From positions 19,408 to 83,407 of the forward strand of contig JBAZUH010000001.1 in the NCBI GenBank assembly GCA_041661545.1: 64,000 nucleotides of DNA. Reading direction: 5' to 3'. A model generated the notes under the pieces. That model saw nothing but the letters and a program-made list of their open reading frames with translations. It was not told the origin of the DNA and did not search any database. Shown piece by piece: positions 51,375 through 60,752 of the stretch; within the stretch, counting starts at the first letter, position 1; every line of letters starts with the position of its first letter. This DNA is from Candidatus Staskawiczbacteria bacterium. GTDB lineage: Bacteria > Patescibacteriota > Minisyncoccia > Minisyncoccales > Staskawiczbacteraceae. The position numbers were made by a program, and so were the translations under genes.

Positions 51375-51378
51375 AAAT

Positions 51379-52746
51379 ATGGAGAATAAAAAAATATTAT
51401 CCCGCCACAGCGGGATCCCGCAGAAGGCGGGACAAAATTCGGGCCTGCCTCGCTTCAAGGCGGGTTGGTATATTTTGACAGCACTATCTTTGATGCCAGC
51501 AATAATATGGTTTTTTGGTTCGTCCACAGATTTGGCGTTTGGCGACCTGTCGTCTTTTTCAAAAACAATGGGCGACTTAACGGGACTTTGTGGAATGGCA
51601 ATGTTTTCTTTGGTTATGATTTTGTCTGCTAGATTAAAATTTTTTGAGAAATTTTTTAATGGTATAAATGAATCTTATACAGCTCATCATTTTTTTGGTG
51701 GACTATCATTTTGTTTATTATTATTTCACCCATTATTTTTATCTTATAATTATTTATTAGTATCGTTTCAATCGGCTGCTTTATTTTTTCTTCCATCTTT
51801 AGATAATTGGGCAAAGAATTTTGGTTCCGTAGGTCTTTTTATAATGATTATTACGCTGTGCATTACTTTTTATATGAGATTAAAATATCAAATTTGGAAA
51901 TTTACTCATAAATTTATGGGTATAGCTTTTATTTTTGCTTTTGTGCATATGCTTTTAATTGGCGGAGACTTAGCTACTAATCAGCCCTTAAAAATATATC
52001 TTTTGGTGTTGGGAGTGTTAGCTATTGCTACATACTTTTATAGAACTTTATTTGCAGATTATTTAGTAAGAGTTTTTGATTATAAAGTTAAAAATATAAC
52101 ATCTTATCCAGACAAAATTTGGGAAATAGAATTTGAGCCTAAAAATAGAATATTAAGCTTTGTGCCCGGACAATTTGCTTTTATAAAGTTATATAGTAGG
52201 GCACTAACAAAAGAGCTACATCCTTTTTCTTTTAGTTCGGCAGAAGGGGATTCATTAAAAATAGCCATAAAAGAATTGGGGGATTGGACTGATAGAGTGG
52301 GCAATTTAAAAGTGGGTGACTTAGCAAAAATAGAGGCTCCTTTTGGATCTTTTAGCTTTAAAAATTTTAGAAATAAAAAACAGATTTGGATTGCCGGGGG
52401 CATTGGCGTTACACCATTTTTAAGTATGGCTAGAAGCTTGTCAGAAAAAGATTTAGATTATAAAATTGATTTATATTATTCTGTAAAAGATAATAATTGC
52501 CTTGCTTTTGTAGAGGAACTTAAAAAAATATCAGAAACTTATAAAAATTTAAAAATTATTTTATGGGTTTCTGCAGAAAAAGGATTTTTAAATTTTGATT
52601 CTATAAAAACTAATACGCCAAATGTAGAACAAAGAGATATTTTAATTTGTGGACCAAGTTCAATGATGTCTATATTAAAAAAACAGTTTTTAAATGGAGG
52701 TATTAATAAAAAACAAATTCACATGGAAGAATTTAAATTATATTAA
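51379..52746 (+). CDS. ferric reductase-like transmembrane protein with FAD/NAD-binding domain (NOX family)
   Basis: 6 TM with conserved His pairs, HPFSFSS FAD-binding motif, GGIGVTPF NAD-binding. Confidence 0.75.
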   Translation: MENKKILSRHSGIPQKAGQNSGLPRFKAGWYILTALSLMPAIIWFFGSSTDLAFGDLSSFSKTMGDLTGLCGMAMFSLVMILSARLKFFEKFFNGINESYTAHHFFGGLSFCLLLFHPLFLSYNYLLVSFQSAALFFLPSLDNWAKNFGSVGLFIMIITLCITFYMRLKYQIWKFTHKFMGIAFIFAFVHMLLIGGDLATNQPLKIYLLVLGVLAIATYFYRTLFADYLVRVFDYKVKNITSYPDKIWEIEFEPKNRILSFVPGQFAFIKLYSRALTKELHPFSFSSAEGDSLKIAIKELGDWTDRVGNLKVGDLAKIEAPFGSFSFKNFRNKKQIWIAGGIGVTPFLSMARSLSEKDLDYKIDLYYSVKDNNCLAFVEELKKISETYKNLKIILWVSAEKGFLNFDSIKTNTPNVEQRDILICGPSSMMSILKKQFLNGGINKKQIHMEEFKLY

Positions 52747-52761
52747 AATTAATTTATTTTT

Positions 52762-53148
52762 ATGATAAAAAATTTAGTCACAGTTTCTTTAATAGTATTT
52801 TTATTAGTGTCTGTTGGTATTTTGGGTGCTAGTATTTTTGTAAAGCAAGATGATGCAGAAAACAACAAGTTACCAGTTGCAACTTTACCGCAATCAAGTA
52901 TTGCCACAATAACTATTAATCAGGTTGCTCAACATAATAGTCGCAACGATTGTTGGATGATTATTAGTGGCAAAGTATATAGCTTGGCTAATTATATGAC
53001 AGCTCATCCAGGTGGAGCTTCAACAATAATTCCTTTATGCGGAAAAGATGGAACATCCGCCTTTGCTACGCAGGGCGGGCAAGGCTCACACTCACAAACA
53101 GCGCGTAATTTATTAGTTAAATATTATGTTGGAGATTTAGCTAAATAA
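52762..53148 (+). CDS. membrane-anchored cytochrome b5-like heme-binding domain protein
   Basis: HNSRNDCWMIISGKVYSLANYMTAHPGG matches the cyt-b5 HPGG motif. Confidence 0.7.
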   Translation: MIKNLVTVSLIVFLLVSVGILGASIFVKQDDAENNKLPVATLPQSSIATITINQVAQHNSRNDCWMIISGKVYSLANYMTAHPGGASTIIPLCGKDGTSAFATQGGQGSHSQTARNLLVKYYVGDLAK

Positions 53149-53305
53149 AAATAATTAAACAATAAACCGGGCATTAGAACTCGGTTTTTGCTTGCATTTT
53201 TTATTTTTTGTTGTAATCTAATTATATTAGCCCAAGACAGTTCTTGGGTTATTGTTATTTGAAAACTTTCAACCAACCAACACCAACCAACCAAGGAGAA
53301 AAACC

Positions 53306-55012
53306 ATGAGCATCCCCATAGGAGTCACAGAGAAGAACGCATTGTTTTCGGTTTCAGATAAAACCGACCTAGCTGAGCACGCTCGTATATTGTCAGAACT
53401 GGGTTACACCATTTATGCTTCGGGTGGAACAGCGAAGGTTATTAAGACCGCGGGTACTCCTGTTATCGACGTTGCTGATTTAGTCGGCGGAGGAGAGATT
53501 CTTCACGGCCGAGTTAAGACTTTGTCTCGGCAGTTGCACGCGGCCTTGTTGGCCGACGCCTTAAAGCCAGAAGATCTTGCAGAGCTTCTGAAAGACAGTA
53601 TTCCTTTTATCGACTTCGTGCGAGTTGATTTTTATCCCTTGAAGAAAATGATTGAGGAGGTGACTCTATCTACTCCCAATCGCGAAGAAGCCATTAAGAA
53701 AGTTATTGAAGAAACAGACATCGGTGGTCCAACCTTGGCGCGTTCGGCGTCCAAGGGTTTTCGTGCAGTGGTCTGCCGTGTCCAAGATATGGAAACAGTG
53801 CTTGACGAGCTAAAAGAGACTGGGGCAATTTCTAGTGCCACTCGTCAATGGCTTCGTGCTAATGCGGAATTTGAAGTTGCCAAATATGTCGGCATGTCAG
53901 CCGAATTTCATGGTAACGGCCGGTTCAAGGTTATTACCGGTGAACGCGTGGGAGAGACATTTAAGGGAGAAAATGGGCCACAAAGCCCGGCGGCTTTATA
54001 TAGCACTGGCAGCGATGACCCCTTGAGCTTGGACAAATTTGAACTGATCGCAGGTTCTTCGCTAGGCTACAATAATTGGTGCGACGTGCACCGGCTTTTG
54101 GAAACAATGACGCGCATGGCAGCGGCTTATGAGTTGAATTATGGCAAGGTGCCATACATTGCCGTTGGCTGTAAGCATGGCAACCCGTGCGGAGCAGCGC
54201 TTGTGGGCGATAGTCCATATCTAATTCTTCGGCAAATGGTTTTCGGTGACCGCAGGGCCATTTTTGGAGGTTTTGTGATGACTAATTTCAAGATTACCGA
54301 AGAACAGGCTGAGGTGATGGTTCAAGCAATGTTACAAGGGAAACCTTTATTCGACGGCGTTGTTGCGCCCGGCTTTACTAATCAGGCCATTGATAAGCTC
54401 AAGCGATCCAAGGGGCAATGTCGAATGATAGTTAACCCTGCGCTTGCGCATGCGGCGACTTTGTTAGATGTGTCTCCGCGATTTCGCTATGTTCGCGGGG
54501 GATTCTTGGCTCAGCCCAATTATGATTTCTTGTTAAATTTTAACGATCCAGAACTGAAGGTCTATGGATCTTTCAGGCCGAGCATAATGAAAGCGGATTT
54601 GCTCTTGGCCTCGGCTATTGGTAGCACATCTAACAGCAACACCATTACTATTGTGCGAAACGGCATGCTCATTGGCAACGGCGTTGGTCAACAAGACCGC
54701 GTTGGATCTGCTGAGCTTGCAGTTAAGCGCGCAATTGATGCCGGCCATGGCTCGTTTACGTGGTGGGGCAAGTTGCTTCGTCGCTTGGGGTCTAACTACA
54801 CCAGAAACTCGCTTGAAGGTGCAGTTGCCTATAGTGACTCGTTCTTTCCATTCCCCGATGGCGTTCAGGTGCTTATTGATGCGGGCATCAAGGTCATCTT
54901 CAGCACCAGCGGAAGCCGGAATGACAAGGCTGTTCAAGACCTTTGCGTCGATCAAGGCGTTGTGCTCGTTCAGCTTCCCGATTCAAAAGCTCGTGGTTTC
55001 TTTGGCCACTAA
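53306..55012 (+). CDS. purH: bifunctional AICAR transformylase / IMP cyclohydrolase (PurH)-like, high-GC gene
   Basis: N-terminal MGS-like domain (ALFSVSDKTDLAEHARILSELGYTIYASGGTAKVIKTAGTPVIDVADLVGG...GRVKTL) and C-terminal AICARFT region (SDSFFPFPDG...STSGSRNDKAV); AAGGAG RBS 7 nt before ATG 53306; about 52% GC vs about 30% flanking. Confidence 0.8.
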   Translation: MSIPIGVTEKNALFSVSDKTDLAEHARILSELGYTIYASGGTAKVIKTAGTPVIDVADLVGGGEILHGRVKTLSRQLHAALLADALKPEDLAELLKDSIPFIDFVRVDFYPLKKMIEEVTLSTPNREEAIKKVIEETDIGGPTLARSASKGFRAVVCRVQDMETVLDELKETGAISSATRQWLRANAEFEVAKYVGMSAEFHGNGRFKVITGERVGETFKGENGPQSPAALYSTGSDDPLSLDKFELIAGSSLGYNNWCDVHRLLETMTRMAAAYELNYGKVPYIAVGCKHGNPCGAALVGDSPYLILRQMVFGDRRAIFGGFVMTNFKITEEQAEVMVQAMLQGKPLFDGVVAPGFTNQAIDKLKRSKGQCRMIVNPALAHAATLLDVSPRFRYVRGGFLAQPNYDFLLNFNDPELKVYGSFRPSIMKADLLLASAIGSTSNSNTITIVRNGMLIGNGVGQQDRVGSAELAVKRAIDAGHGSFTWWGKLLRRLGSNYTRNSLEGAVAYSDSFFPFPDGVQVLIDAGIKVIFSTSGSRNDKAVQDLCVDQGVVLVQLPDSKARGFFGH

Positions 55013-55037
55013 GCTAAGTTGGTAAATTTTCGTTATG

Positions 55038-55069
55038 CCCTGCGGTAGATACTGCGGGGTTCTTTTTTT
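55038..55069 (+). terminator. rho-independent terminator (CCCTGCGG-tagata-CTGCGGGG TTCTTTTTTT)
   Basis: 8-bp stem including G-U pairs plus T-run. Confidence 0.6.
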
Positions 55070-55198
55070 GAGGGATATATATATTGAAATATAAAATTGT
55101 TTACAGTATAATTAATTTAATATAATTAAAAATACATCCTGCTAAATGGTAATATTTTTCCCGTGGAAAAACATTATTTAACAGGAGGTTATCTCAAT

Positions 55199-55456
55199 AT
55201 GTTTTTTGCAATAATATTTATAGCAATAGGAGTGGCATTATTACTTAATGCAATGGGTTTATTTAGTGGAGGTTTTTGGGGAGTTTTTTGGGGAATAATA
55301 TTTTTAGCTATTGGAATAAAAATGATTAGAAGTAAAGGATGTTGCCCAATGTGCTCTGGTGCTTGGTGGAAAGGAAGAATTACAGATAAAATGAATGAGG
55401 AATGTTGTGGTTGCGAGCACGAGCACGAAGAAAAACCTAGAAATAAAAAAAAGTAA
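55199..55456 (+). CDS. small membrane protein with Cys-rich C-terminal tail
   Basis: AGGAGG RBS 9 nt upstream of ATG 55199; two TM helices then CCPMCSGAWW...ECCGCEHEHEE. Confidence 0.5.
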   Translation: MFFAIIFIAIGVALLLNAMGLFSGGFWGVFWGIIFLAIGIKMIRSKGCCPMCSGAWWKGRITDKMNEECCGCEHEHEEKPRNKKK

Positions 55457-55462
55457 CATAAA

Positions 55463-55888
55463 ATGGAGCTTTGGATTATTTATGCAATTTTATCTGCTGT
55501 TTTTGCAGCTTTAGTTGCAATATTTGGTAAAATAGGGCTACAAAATATAGACTCAACTTTGGCCACCACAATAAGAGCTATTGTGATGGCTTTATTTTTA
55601 TTTTTTATTTCTTTATCGCTAGGTAAATATAATCTTTTATATACAATAAAAAATAAAGTTTTATTTTTTATAATTTTATCTGGAATATCTGGGGCTTTAT
55701 CTTGGTTGTTTTATTTTTTTGCATTAAAAATTGGAGTAGCCTCGGGAGTAGCGGCAGTAGATAGGTTGAGCGTGGTTTTTGTAGTTATTTTTGCAATTTT
55801 ATTTTTAGGAGAAAAATTAAGTTTGTTCACTGCTATTGGTGCTTTGTTAATAACAGCAGGCGCTGTTTTGATGGTAATAAAAAAATAG
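55463..55888 (+). CDS. small EamA-like (DMT/SMR-type) 4-TM transporter
   Basis: 141 aa, four hydrophobic helices. Confidence 0.5.
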   Translation: MELWIIYAILSAVFAALVAIFGKIGLQNIDSTLATTIRAIVMALFLFFISLSLGKYNLLYTIKNKVLFFIILSGISGALSWLFYFFALKIGVASGVAAVDRLSVVFVVIFAILFLGEKLSLFTAIGALLITAGAVLMVIKK

Positions 55889-55892
55889 CAGG

Positions 55893-55930
55893 TTGTCACT
55901 CTTGACAGCAGATTGCTAATTTTGTAATAT
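55893..55930 (+). promoter_or_regulatory. CIRCE-like inverted repeat (TTGTCACTC-N9-GATTGCTAA) overlapping a sigma-70-like promoter (TTGACA-17-TAATAT) upstream of the hrcA-like gene
   Basis: compared by eye with the CIRCE consensus TTAGCACTC-N9-GAGTGCTAA (2 mismatches per half); -35/-10 hexamers with 17-nt spacer. Confidence 0.55.
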
Positions 55931-55938
55931 AGGTATAT

Positions 55939-56346
55939 ATGATTACCGAGAGGCAAGAAAAACTTTTAGATTTTTTAATACGAGAATATATAAGCACGGC
56001 CGAGCCGGTGGGTTCTTTAGTGTTAAAGAAAATTTGTGATTTAGAAGTTTGTGGTGCTACTATAAGAAATGATTTGCAAGCTTTAACAAAAGAAGGATAT
56101 ATTGAACAACCGCACACTTCGGCCGGCAGAGTTCCAACAAGAAAAGCCTATAAACATTTTTCTGAACAATTAGAGAAAAAAAGGGCAGAACAGTTTGATA
56201 ATTTTATAGTGCAACAAGTGAGATTTGCGCACGAAGAAATGGCTCGCGAAATGCGACACATGGAAGAGTTAATGCAGGCACTAGAACAAGATAATTTTTT
56301 TGAAATATTAACAACAATAGAAATATGGCACAAGAAGAAAATTTAA
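55939..56346 (+). CDS. hrcA: HrcA-like repressor, N-terminal winged-helix domain only (135 aa)
   Basis: EPVGSLVL...GATIRNDLQALTKEGYIEQPHTSAGRVPT matches the HrcA N-terminal DNA-binding region; the C-terminal domain is absent. Confidence 0.65.
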   Translation: MITERQEKLLDFLIREYISTAEPVGSLVLKKICDLEVCGATIRNDLQALTKEGYIEQPHTSAGRVPTRKAYKHFSEQLEKKRAEQFDNFIVQQVRFAHEEMAREMRHMEELMQALEQDNFFEILTTIEIWHKKKI

Positions 56347-56816
56347 TTGAAATAGAAGAAGTAAAAAATCAATTGGAAGAAGCTAAGGATAAGTGCGAAG
56401 AATATTTAAATGGTTGGAAAAGAGAGCGGGCTGATTTTTTGAACTACAAAAAAGATGAAATGGAACGTATAGGGCAGTTGGTTAAATATTCTAATGAAGA
56501 ATTAATTTTAAAAATAATTCCTATTTTAGATAATATTTATTTAGCAGAGAGTCATGTGCCTGATGATTTAAAAGATAACGACTGGATTAAGGGATTTAAC
56601 GCAATTAAAAATCAGCTTTGCGATTTTTTAAAGAAAGAGGGAATTGAACCCATTAGTACTGATGGCAAGTTTGATCCAAATTTAATGGAGGCAGTTGAGG
56701 AAGTTGAGCGATCAGAGGGTTGCCCCGTGTCGGGTGCAATTGTAGAAGAAGTTCAACGCGGTTATACAATGGGCGGAACCCTAATCCGCGTCGCCAAAGT
56801 CAAAGTCGCAAAGTAG
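56325..56816 (+). CDS. grpE: nucleotide exchange factor GrpE
   Basis: coiled-coil N-terminus, YLNGWKRERADFLNYKKDEMER and C-terminal beta domain; overlaps hrcA. Confidence 0.85.
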   Translation: MAQEENLIEIEEVKNQLEEAKDKCEEYLNGWKRERADFLNYKKDEMERIGQLVKYSNEELILKIIPILDNIYLAESHVPDDLKDNDWIKGFNAIKNQLCDFLKKEGIEPISTDGKFDPNLMEAVEEVERSEGCPVSGAIVEEVQRGYTMGGTLIRVAKVKVAK

Positions 56817-56822
56817 GCAAAT

Positions 56823-56865
56823 AACTATTCCAATATTCCGCGGAATAACGGAATAGCCGAAGTAT
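56823..56865 (+). repeat. palindrome-containing repeat copy 1 (CTATTCCAATATTCCGCGGAATAACGGAATAG) upstream of the first GNAT gene
   Basis: near-identical copy at 58033-58075. Confidence 0.7.
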
Positions 56866-56882
56866 AAAAATATCAAAATAGC

Positions 56883-57428
56883 ATGGAAACAAAAATATTT
56901 GGAGATAAAAAATTAACAATCTCGCCAATGTCTGTAAAAGATTTAAAATGCGCCAAAGAGTACATGGATTTTATTAATGAGCTTATTGTAGAAGATGCAA
57001 AACTCTTAATGAATGTTAAGCAAAGCATAAAAGATGAACAAGGGTGGGTTGAAAAGGTTGTAAAACAAGTAAAGAATAAGCAGAAAGTTTTTTTGATAGC
57101 TCATGACGGCAAGAAAATTGCCGGCAATGTCAGCTTTGAAATGCTTACTTTTAGAAAAAACCATATTGCCAGAATGGGCATTGCAATTGCTAAAGAACAT
57201 AGGGGAGCAGGGTTGGGTAAGTATCTTGTAACAGAAATAATAAAACTGGCAAAAAGAGAATTAAAACCTACCCCAAAATTTCTTCAGCTTGAGGTTTATG
57301 AAAATAATAAACCAGCAATAGCTCTGTACAAAAAAATGGGTTTCAAAATTGTAGCCAAAATTCCAAAACAAATGCAGTGGAAGGGCAAGCTTGTTGGCGA
57401 ATACATAATGATGCGCCCCGTAAAATAA
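56883..57428 (+). CDS. GNAT-family N-acetyltransferase
   Basis: HRGAGLGKYLV acetyl-CoA binding motif. Confidence 0.75.
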   Translation: METKIFGDKKLTISPMSVKDLKCAKEYMDFINELIVEDAKLLMNVKQSIKDEQGWVEKVVKQVKNKQKVFLIAHDGKKIAGNVSFEMLTFRKNHIARMGIAIAKEHRGAGLGKYLVTEIIKLAKRELKPTPKFLQLEVYENNKPAIALYKKMGFKIVAKIPKQMQWKGKLVGEYIMMRPVK

Positions 57429-57497
57429 AAAAACTCAGGTTAACCTATGTTAACCTAATAAAAGAGAAGGAAAGTTGGTAAATAATAATTTAAAAAT

Positions 57498-58019
57498 ATG
57501 TCAGAATTAATAGAGAAAAAAACAGAAATAGAAAAGCCGTCAATTTTGTATCACGCATCGCCAAATAAAGGCGTGACAGAATTTGAGCCACGAGCCGAAA
57601 CTGCGCGCGACCCGAGCGAGGGCCCCGTTGTGTTTGCCACACCGGATAAAGCATTTGCTTCATGTTTTATTGTGCCCACAGATGATAGATGGACAGATAT
57701 AAGCGTATTTGAAAATGGTATATGCACTATGGTAGTTGGTGATAAAAAGCGCTTTGAAGAAGCAGATAAGGGCGGATCAATTTATTCTTTATCAAGTGAT
57801 ACATTCAATACGGATTTAGGGCAAAGCATGCAACAGCGTGAATGGGTTAGTAAAGAGCCTGTAAGGCCTATTGATAAATCAGATTATAAAACTGGGCTTC
57901 AGGCCATGATAGAGAATGGAGTCAAAGTATATTTTGTAGATGCCGAAACGCTTGAAAGAATAAAAAAAGCGGATGACCATGGACTTGAAATTATAAAAAC
58001 ATTAACACCAGAAAAATAA
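57498..58019 (+). CDS. hypothetical protein (173 aa)
   Basis: ORF between the two GNAT genes; slightly higher GC. Confidence 0.45.
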   Translation: MSELIEKKTEIEKPSILYHASPNKGVTEFEPRAETARDPSEGPVVFATPDKAFASCFIVPTDDRWTDISVFENGICTMVVGDKKRFEEADKGGSIYSLSSDTFNTDLGQSMQQREWVSKEPVRPIDKSDYKTGLQAMIENGVKVYFVDAETLERIKKADDHGLEIIKTLTPEK

Positions 58020-58032
58020 AAATTAGCAAATA

Positions 58033-58075
58033 AACTATTCCAATATTCTGTGGAATTATGGAATAGCAGAAGTAT
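58033..58075 (+). repeat. palindrome-containing repeat copy 2 upstream of the second GNAT gene
   Basis: about 85% identical to 56823-56865 including the flanks GCAAATAACTATTCC and AGTAT-AAAAT. Confidence 0.7.
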
Positions 58076-58102
58076 CAAAATTTAAAAATAGTAAATAAAA
58101 TT

Positions 58103-58555
58103 ATGGGAGAGATAAAATTAAGGCGAGCGGGGGGAAAAGATATAGACGAAATATTGAAAATTGAAAAGAGCGTTGATGGAACAAAAATCTATTCTGCGCT
58201 TACAGATAGAAACGACGTTATGAAATGTATAACAGATGACGTCTTCTACTTAATTGAAAAAAATAATGAAATTGTCGGTGATGTGTCTTATGAATTAAAA
58301 GAGAAAGGTAGTGCTTATTTAAGCGGATTAGTGATAATGCCAGAATTCCAGGGACAGGGGATTGCGAGAGAGGTGATTAGTGTTATTTTAGAAGAATTGA
58401 AAAATGTTAGGATGATTGAGCTTTTCACACATCCAGAAAATAAGAAATCGATTAGTTTATATACATCCCTGGGTTTTAAAGAAACGGGCGAGCGATTGGA
58501 AAATTATTTTGGGGACGGCGAACCAAGAATAAAAATGACGTTAAAAAATAAATAA
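58103..58555 (+). CDS. GNAT-family N-acetyltransferase
   Basis: QGQGIAREVI motif A. Confidence 0.75.
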   Translation: MGEIKLRRAGGKDIDEILKIEKSVDGTKIYSALTDRNDVMKCITDDVFYLIEKNNEIVGDVSYELKEKGSAYLSGLVIMPEFQGQGIAREVISVILEELKNVRMIELFTHPENKKSISLYTSLGFKETGERLENYFGDGEPRIKMTLKNK

Positions 58556-58646
58556 AAGAACCGCATAACGGACTAAATTGGTCGGTTATGGTAATTAAAA
58601 ATAAAAAAATAATAATTAATAAAAAAATAATTAAATAAGAAAAATT

Positions 58647-60566
58647 ATGTCAAAAATACTTGGAATTGATTTAGGAACAACAAATTCAGCTATGGCCATT
58701 GTGGAAGGTGGCGAGGCTAAAATTATTGAAAACAAAGAGGGTGCAAGAACAACCCCATCTATTGTTGCAATATCAAAAAATGGAGAAAGAACCGTTGGAG
58801 TTTTAGCAAAAAGACAAGCTGTTACAAATCCCCAAAATACAATTTTTTCAGTTAAAAGATTAATTGGAAGAAAATTTTCTGACCCAGAAGTTCAAAAAGA
58901 CAAAAAAACATTGCCCTATGAAATTAAAGAATCAGCTGACGGCGGAGTAGATGTTAAAATGGGGGACAAATGGCTTAATCCAGCAGAAATTTCAGCAATG
59001 ATTTTGCAAAAATTAAAAGCCGATGCTGAAGCAAAAATTGGAGAAACAATTACCGATGCAATTATAACCTGTCCAGCATATTTTGATGATTCACAAAGAA
59101 AAGCCACAAAAATTGCCGGAGAAATTGCAGGCTTCAATGTAAAAAGAGTTATAAATGAACCAACTGCCGCAGCCCTAGCTTATGGGTTAAATAAGAAAAA
59201 AGATGAAAAAATTGTAGTGTATGACTTTGGTGGAGGAACTTTTGACGTAACTGCAATGGAAATTGTGGCTTCTGAAGGTGAAGACAAAGAACAGCAAGGA
59301 AGTATTGAAGTAAAAGCCACTGGTGGAGACACTCATTTGGGTGGAGATGATTTTGACCAAAAAATTATGCATTGGATTGTTGCAGAATTTAAAAAAGAAA
59401 GTGGAGTTGATTTATCTAAAGATAATTTAGCTTTACAGCGTATTAAAGAATCTGCAGAAAAAGCAAAAATTGAATTGTCTAGCAGTATAGAAACTCAAAT
59501 TAATTTGCCATTTATTACTTCAGACCAAGAAGGGCCTAAACACTTAGATTTAAAATTAAAACGCGCTGAATTTGAAAAAATGGTTCAAGACGACATAGAT
59601 AGATCTATTAGTTTATTAAAACAAACATTAAAAGAATCGGGTTGGGCAGTTGGTGATATAAATGAAATTGTTTTGGTTGGAGGGCAAACAAGAATGCCAA
59701 AAATTCAAGAAGAAATTAAAAAACTTTTTGGCAAAGAACCAAACAAAGAAGTTAACCCAGATGAAGTTGTTGCAATTGGAGCTGCAACTCAAGGTGGAAT
59801 TATGCAAGGCACAGCAGGAAAAGATGTTTTGTTGCTTGATGTAACACCTTTATCTTTGGGTATTGAAACATTTGGTGGAGTAGATACTATTTTAATTGCA
59901 AAAAATACAACAGTGCCAACTTCTAAAAATCAAACATTTTCAACAGCTGCCGACAGTCAGCCAAGTGTAGAAATCCATGTTTTGCAAGGAGAAAGGCCAA
60001 TGGCACAAGATAATAAAACATTAGGCAGATTTATGTTAGATGGAATTCCACCAGCACCAAGAGGAGTGCCTCAAATTGAAGTTTCTTTTGATATTGATGC
60101 TAATGGAATTTTAAATGTTTCGGCAAAAGATAAGGCCACAGGCAAATCGCAATCAATCAAAATTGAAGGTTCTTCTGGAATTTCTAAAGAAGAAGTAGAA
60201 AGAATGAAAAAAGATGCCGAGATGCATGCTTCTGATGATAAAAAGAAACAAGAAGATATTGAAGCTAAAAATACAGCTGATGCTTTAATTTATACTTCTG
60301 AAAAAACTATAAAAGATGCTGGAGATAAAATAAAGCCAGAAGATAAAAAAGAAGTAGAGGATAAGATTAATGTCTTGAAAGAAGCACAAAAAGGTGATAA
60401 TATAGAAGAAATTAAAACAAAGACAAAAGATTTGTCTGAATTAATTCAAAAAGTTGGCGGAGAGTTGTATAAACAAGAGCAAGCTCAAACGCACCCAGAA
60501 GAAAAAGATTTACCGAAAGATGATGAACCAAAAGCCGAAGAAGGAAATTTTACAGAAGAAAAATAA
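58647..60566 (+). CDS. dnaK: molecular chaperone DnaK (Hsp70)
   Basis: [23 protein letters not shown] and the full Hsp70 architecture. Confidence 0.97.
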   Translation: MSKILGIDLGTTNSAMAIVEGGEAKIIENKEGARTTPSIVAISKNGERTVGVLAKRQAVTNPQNTIFSVKRLIGRKFSDPEVQKDKKTLPYEIKESADGGVDVKMGDKWLNPAEISAMILQKLKADAEAKIGETITDAIITCPAYFDDSQRKATKIAGEIAGFNVKRVINEPTAAALAYGLNKKKDEKIVVYDFGGGTFDVTAMEIVASEGEDKEQQGSIEVKATGGDTHLGGDDFDQKIMHWIVAEFKKESGVDLSKDNLALQRIKESAEKAKIELSSSIETQINLPFITSDQEGPKHLDLKLKRAEFEKMVQDDIDRSISLLKQTLKESGWAVGDINEIVLVGGQTRMPKIQEEIKKLFGKEPNKEVNPDEVVAIGAATQGGIMQGTAGKDVLLLDVTPLSLGIETFGGVDTILIAKNTTVPTSKNQTFSTAADSQPSVEIHVLQGERPMAQDNKTLGRFMLDGIPPAPRGVPQIEVSFDIDANGILNVSAKDKATGKSQSIKIEGSSGISKEEVERMKKDAEMHASDDKKKQEDIEAKNTADALIYTSEKTIKDAGDKIKPEDKKEVEDKINVLKEAQKGDNIEEIKTKTKDLSELIQKVGGELYKQEQAQTHPEEKDLPKDDEPKAEEGNFTEEK

Positions 60567-60752
60567 AATTTGCTCGGCAATAATTTTTTTCATCGCTCGG
60601 TAGTGATTCTTCGCTAGCGTTCGCCGTGCCAGCGCACGGCTCACTCAGGCTTCAGCAATTTTTCGCCTTCGGCGAACCGTGCAAAATTGCTTGCAGGGTA
60701 CGCTACGAATTCACTACCTCGCTATAAATTTATTGTTCGCTTATATAAAAAT

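Noticed and set aside
53632-55025. Five antisense or alternative-frame ORFs overlapping purH
   Set aside because: They lie inside a confidently identified high-GC coding gene; such shadow ORFs are expected
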